Assembly: GCF_001194135.2 (NCBI RefSeq)
Contig: NC_068993.1
Location: 53,245,564-53,309,563, forward strand
Reading direction: 5' to 3'
Length of the DNA stretch: 64,000 nucleotides
Source: Octopus bimaculoides
Lineage: Eukaryota
In this document: piece after piece, positions 60,431 through 64,000 of the stretch
How positions within the stretch are numbered: position 1 is the first letter of the stretch
Layout: each line of letters opens with the position of its first letter
Position numbers and translations under genes: made by a program
Notes under the pieces: generated by a model
The model's database searches: none
Seen by the model: the letters and a program-made list of their open reading frames with translations, nothing else
What the model was told of the DNA's origin: nothing

Positions 60431-60750
60431 CTGCGAGGTTCTACTGTAATGAATAAAGATACCAAAAAGTAACTAGTGGTATATTCAGCCGCCAAATTTT
60501 GACGTTATATAGATACTAACAATGATTATTGGACTTTTTGATATTTTACTAACTTTCCGTTCTCTTTAGAAAACAGTCTTATTAATTTCTATTAATTTTA
60601 TCCTTATTTTTAAGATTTTAAAAAATTGACTGTGTTTCTGAAATATTGTGGTGGAATTATTTTTAACTTGGATCTCTTTTAACCTGAGGAGCTTGCTTAA
60701 TATCAACATTAATTTAAAGATTCATTTTAACATATAAATATAAACAAATT

Positions 60751-61134
60751 GTGGAGGCGCAATGGCCCAGTTGTTAGGGCAGCGGACTTGTGGTCATAGG
60801 ATCGCGGTTTCGATTCCCAGACCGGGCGTTGTGAGTGTTTATTGAGTGAAAACACCTAAAGCTCCACGAGGCTCCGGCAGGGGATGGTGGTGAACCCTGC
60901 TGTACTCTTCCACCACAACTTTCTCTCACTCTTTCTTCCTGTTTCTGTTGTGCCTGTATTTCAAAGGGGCCAGACTTGTCACACTCTGTGTCACGCTGAA
61001 TATCCCCGAGAACTACATTAAGGGTACACATGTCTGTGGAGTGCTCAGCCACTTGCACGTTAATTTCACGAGCAGGCTGTTCCGTTGATCGGATCAACTG
61101 AAACCCTCGTCGTCATAAGCGACAGAGTGCCAAC
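60751..61134 (+). mobile_element. tRNA-derived SINE family 3, full length with TSD
   Basis: 11-bp TSD ataaacaaatt at 60740-60750 and 61135-61145. Confidence 0.9.
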
Positions 61135-61959
61135 ATAAACAAATTACAGAATATCATTACGACTGGCAAACTGTGATGTTTAAACTACATGTGGATTGGT
61201 CAAAACTGTATTCCGTAAATTCGGCTTGCTGGAGCATTCTAAGAAGTACAACAGTTGTCAAGAACTCAACTGTTAGTTAAGTACATTTGAAATCTGAAGA
61301 TTACTACCAAAACATATGAAAGTGCTAATTGAACTTTATGAACATTACAAAATATTTTTTTACTGTTAAAATACTATAATAAAAAATGTGAAAACCAGAC
61401 CATGTTTTAACTTTATTCAACTGATATATTATTCTATCCACATTCACACAAATTCGAAATTTATATATATATATAAAGGTATTTGGATTCTGTCATGGAG
61501 GAAGCCGATGTTCAGTTTATGTGTTTGCTGACTATACTGTTTTGGTGTCTCTCTTGTTTATAATCAGGTGTAGAATTGGTTGAATGCGGTGTAGAACATT
61601 AAGTTGACAAAACTTTTAGGATGCGTTAGAAGTTATTTATTAAAATGGTAACATTTGCTATATCTGGTGACCCCGAGCAAGAGAATTGCATCCTTCACAA
61701 ATATTTAATATCTGGTGACCCTTGACTTCAACCAAATAACTTTATATATATATATATCCCATGAGGGATTGGTGTAGCAGCATTATAATCAACTGCTACA
61801 AAAGCAAAGGTGATGTCTTAGACAGAAATAATTGCAGAGGCATCAAATTGCTAGACTAGGAAATGAAAGTTACAGAAAAAGTCATTAATTAGGAAGAAAG
61901 CTAACCTAGGTGAAATGCAGTTTGAATTTGTGCTAGGTAGAAGCACCGTTGATACCAAG

Positions 61960-62672
61960 TATCAGGCAGAGTAAAAAATAAGCAATGTTTTGAAACATGA
62001 AATTCATCATGATATATTTCAACAATGCAGAAATTTTATTCATCAAAGTAAGTACCATTATAATCTACACATTTTTACCAACGAGTTACAAGTTTGTTTA
62101 TTCCAGTAACAAAAATCTGCAGTTCTGGAGCTGATAAACTCTTTGAACGCACTTTCAGCATCAGTTTGATTTTTTAACTCCTCTCGCAGGAAATCATCAA
62201 GGTGCTTGAAAAAGTGGTAGTCGGTAGGAGAAAGGTCTGGGGGAATAAGCTGGGTGGGGAAGAACTTCGTAGCCAAGTTCCCTCAACTTCTGGGGTGTCA
62301 TTTGTGAAACATGTGGTCAAGCATTGTCATGAAGAATGATTGGCCCTCTTTGGTTGACCAGTGTGGGACGGAGGAGCAGCAGTTTTTCATTCATTTTGAC
62401 ACTGTCATGCCAATTTATTTCTGCAGTAATGGTTTTTCCAGGTTTTAAGAAGTTATAGTGGATGAGTCCAGCAGTTCACCACCAAACAATCACCATAACC
62501 TTCTTTTTGAAGAGCTCAGGTTTAGGGAAAGTTTTCGGTGCTTCACCTTGGTCCAACAAGTGTGAAGAACGTTTTTTTATTATTATACAGAAGCCAACTT
62601 TCATTGCAAGTTACAATATGGTCAAGAAATGGATTGGTCTGGTTACGGAAAAGAAGTGATGAGTAAATTTCA
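61960..62672 (-). mobile_element. Mariner family A 3' half
   Basis: Reverse complement of 21300-21977, including the TIR; PPDLSPTDYHFFKHLDDFL. Confidence 0.88.
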
Positions 62673-63030
62673 TAATGATAAACTACCTGCATCAACAACG
62701 CAGCGAAAAGTGCGAGGAATGTTAATGCAGTATATGGGGATCGGAGAATAAGCGCAAGCCAGTGTCAACCGGGGTTCCAGAAATTCCGAGCCTCGTCCTG
62801 GAAGATCTGTAGAGCTCAACGAGAATGTCCTGTAAACCCTGGTGTCCAGGGTTTGCAGGACGAACAAAATCCCATCGTAACCGTTGAGGAACTAGCTAAG
62901 AAGCTTGAATTTAATCATTCAACCATTCATTGACACCTGCGTGCCATCGGAAAAGTCAGCAAATTGACTCAATGGGTTCCTCATAAACGTTCCGAGTCTA
63001 ATCGTGCGCAGAGAGTGAATGTATGCTTTT
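62673..63030 (+). mobile_element. Mariner family B 5' fragment
   Basis: Homologous to 58820-59140 and 18960-19190; ends near the QWVPH motif. Confidence 0.8.
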
Positions 63031-64000
63031 GACACTGGAGAATGTATTCCAGATGAGCAACTCTCGAACGGGGAATGAGTTGTCCAGTGCCAAACATCAC
63101 CGCAAGCAATGCCAACTCTCTGTCGAGAGGGCAAAATTGGCAGCCTCGAAGTTCGATTTAATAACATCGTTGAATGCTGCGTAGTGAAGAAAACGTCCTA
63201 TACAGTAATGAAAGAGAATGAACGCAGTCTGGACATGTCGACAGTAGTTCTACAGTGCAATTTTTGTAGTTCATAAGCATAGCAAGTAAGACATAGAAGA
63301 ACTTTGATAAGTGTGTATTCATCGTTGTGAAGGATGCCGGTTGATGGAGGGATGCCCTTGTTTGATTATGAGACAGTTCGGAAATAAAAACGAGGTTAGT
63401 CAAAGAGTTACTAGATCGTTGTAATCATGCTGACAGCGAAACCATAGCAAACGCACACAGTCAGCGCACACTCATATTCACATTCCACACTAGGCTCGGG
63501 AATATTACAGAGAACTTCGTAGACGTGTGCACTGTGGAAAACCACAGAGGAAAGATAGCCCGGCAATGCCGACTTCCAGCCCATATCGTTGAAAATGATG
63601 TTGCAGATGAATTCCACTAACAAGCAAATGGAAACGTCGAGTTGGTGGAGATGTCGAATTAAAGATAGTGAGCTGCACCCTGAAAAGAGAGTTTTGAAAG
63701 AGTGAAGCAGTTCTACCACAGAAAGCAAGCTCGATGATAATCAACCAAGCACGAATTCTGGGTAATCTTTGTCATGTTCTCACGCTTGGTTTGCAGACAT
63801 TGGTGGACAACTTTCTAGTGAATCAAGGAGCCGAAAATATAGGCATTGTCCCGCAGGTAGACCAGAATAAATTTAACGTTGCGTACGGTGTCATATAATT
63901 GGCTTATTATTTCTGATTTGAACGCAAGTCCAAGAAGCGACACTGGTGAAATAGCGTCGTTTCATTTTTTCTATTTTACAAGAAGGCAAAAAGCATCGCC

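Overview
AT-rich, microsatellite-dense animal genomic DNA with N-gaps. The SINE/RTE repeat content points to an octopus draft assembly (inference). Two multi-exon genes lie on the + strand; the ORF track captures only fragments of them because the exons are short. (1) 80-13726: the last 10 coding exons of ARMC3 (armadillo repeats plus C-terminal EDR1-like domain), reconstructed with consistent GT-AG phases down to the stop codon. (2) about 25184-57085: a gene I do not recognise. It encodes a ~455-aa type I membrane protein: signal peptide, a TNFR-like Cys-rich module, five tandem 6-Cys mini-sushi/CCP-like modules (four near-identical recent exon duplicates whose differences are all amino-acid changing), a transmembrane helix largely encoded by an (ATT)9 microsatellite, and an acidic cytoplasmic tail built from duplicated mini-exons. 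The rest is decayed mobile DNA (tRNA-derived SINEs, RTE and CRE LINEs, mariner, Tc1, Tigger, hAT, Helitron, Gypsy, MITEs), minisatellites and a hammerhead-ribozyme-like motif. All exon calls were made by eye, without transcript evidence.
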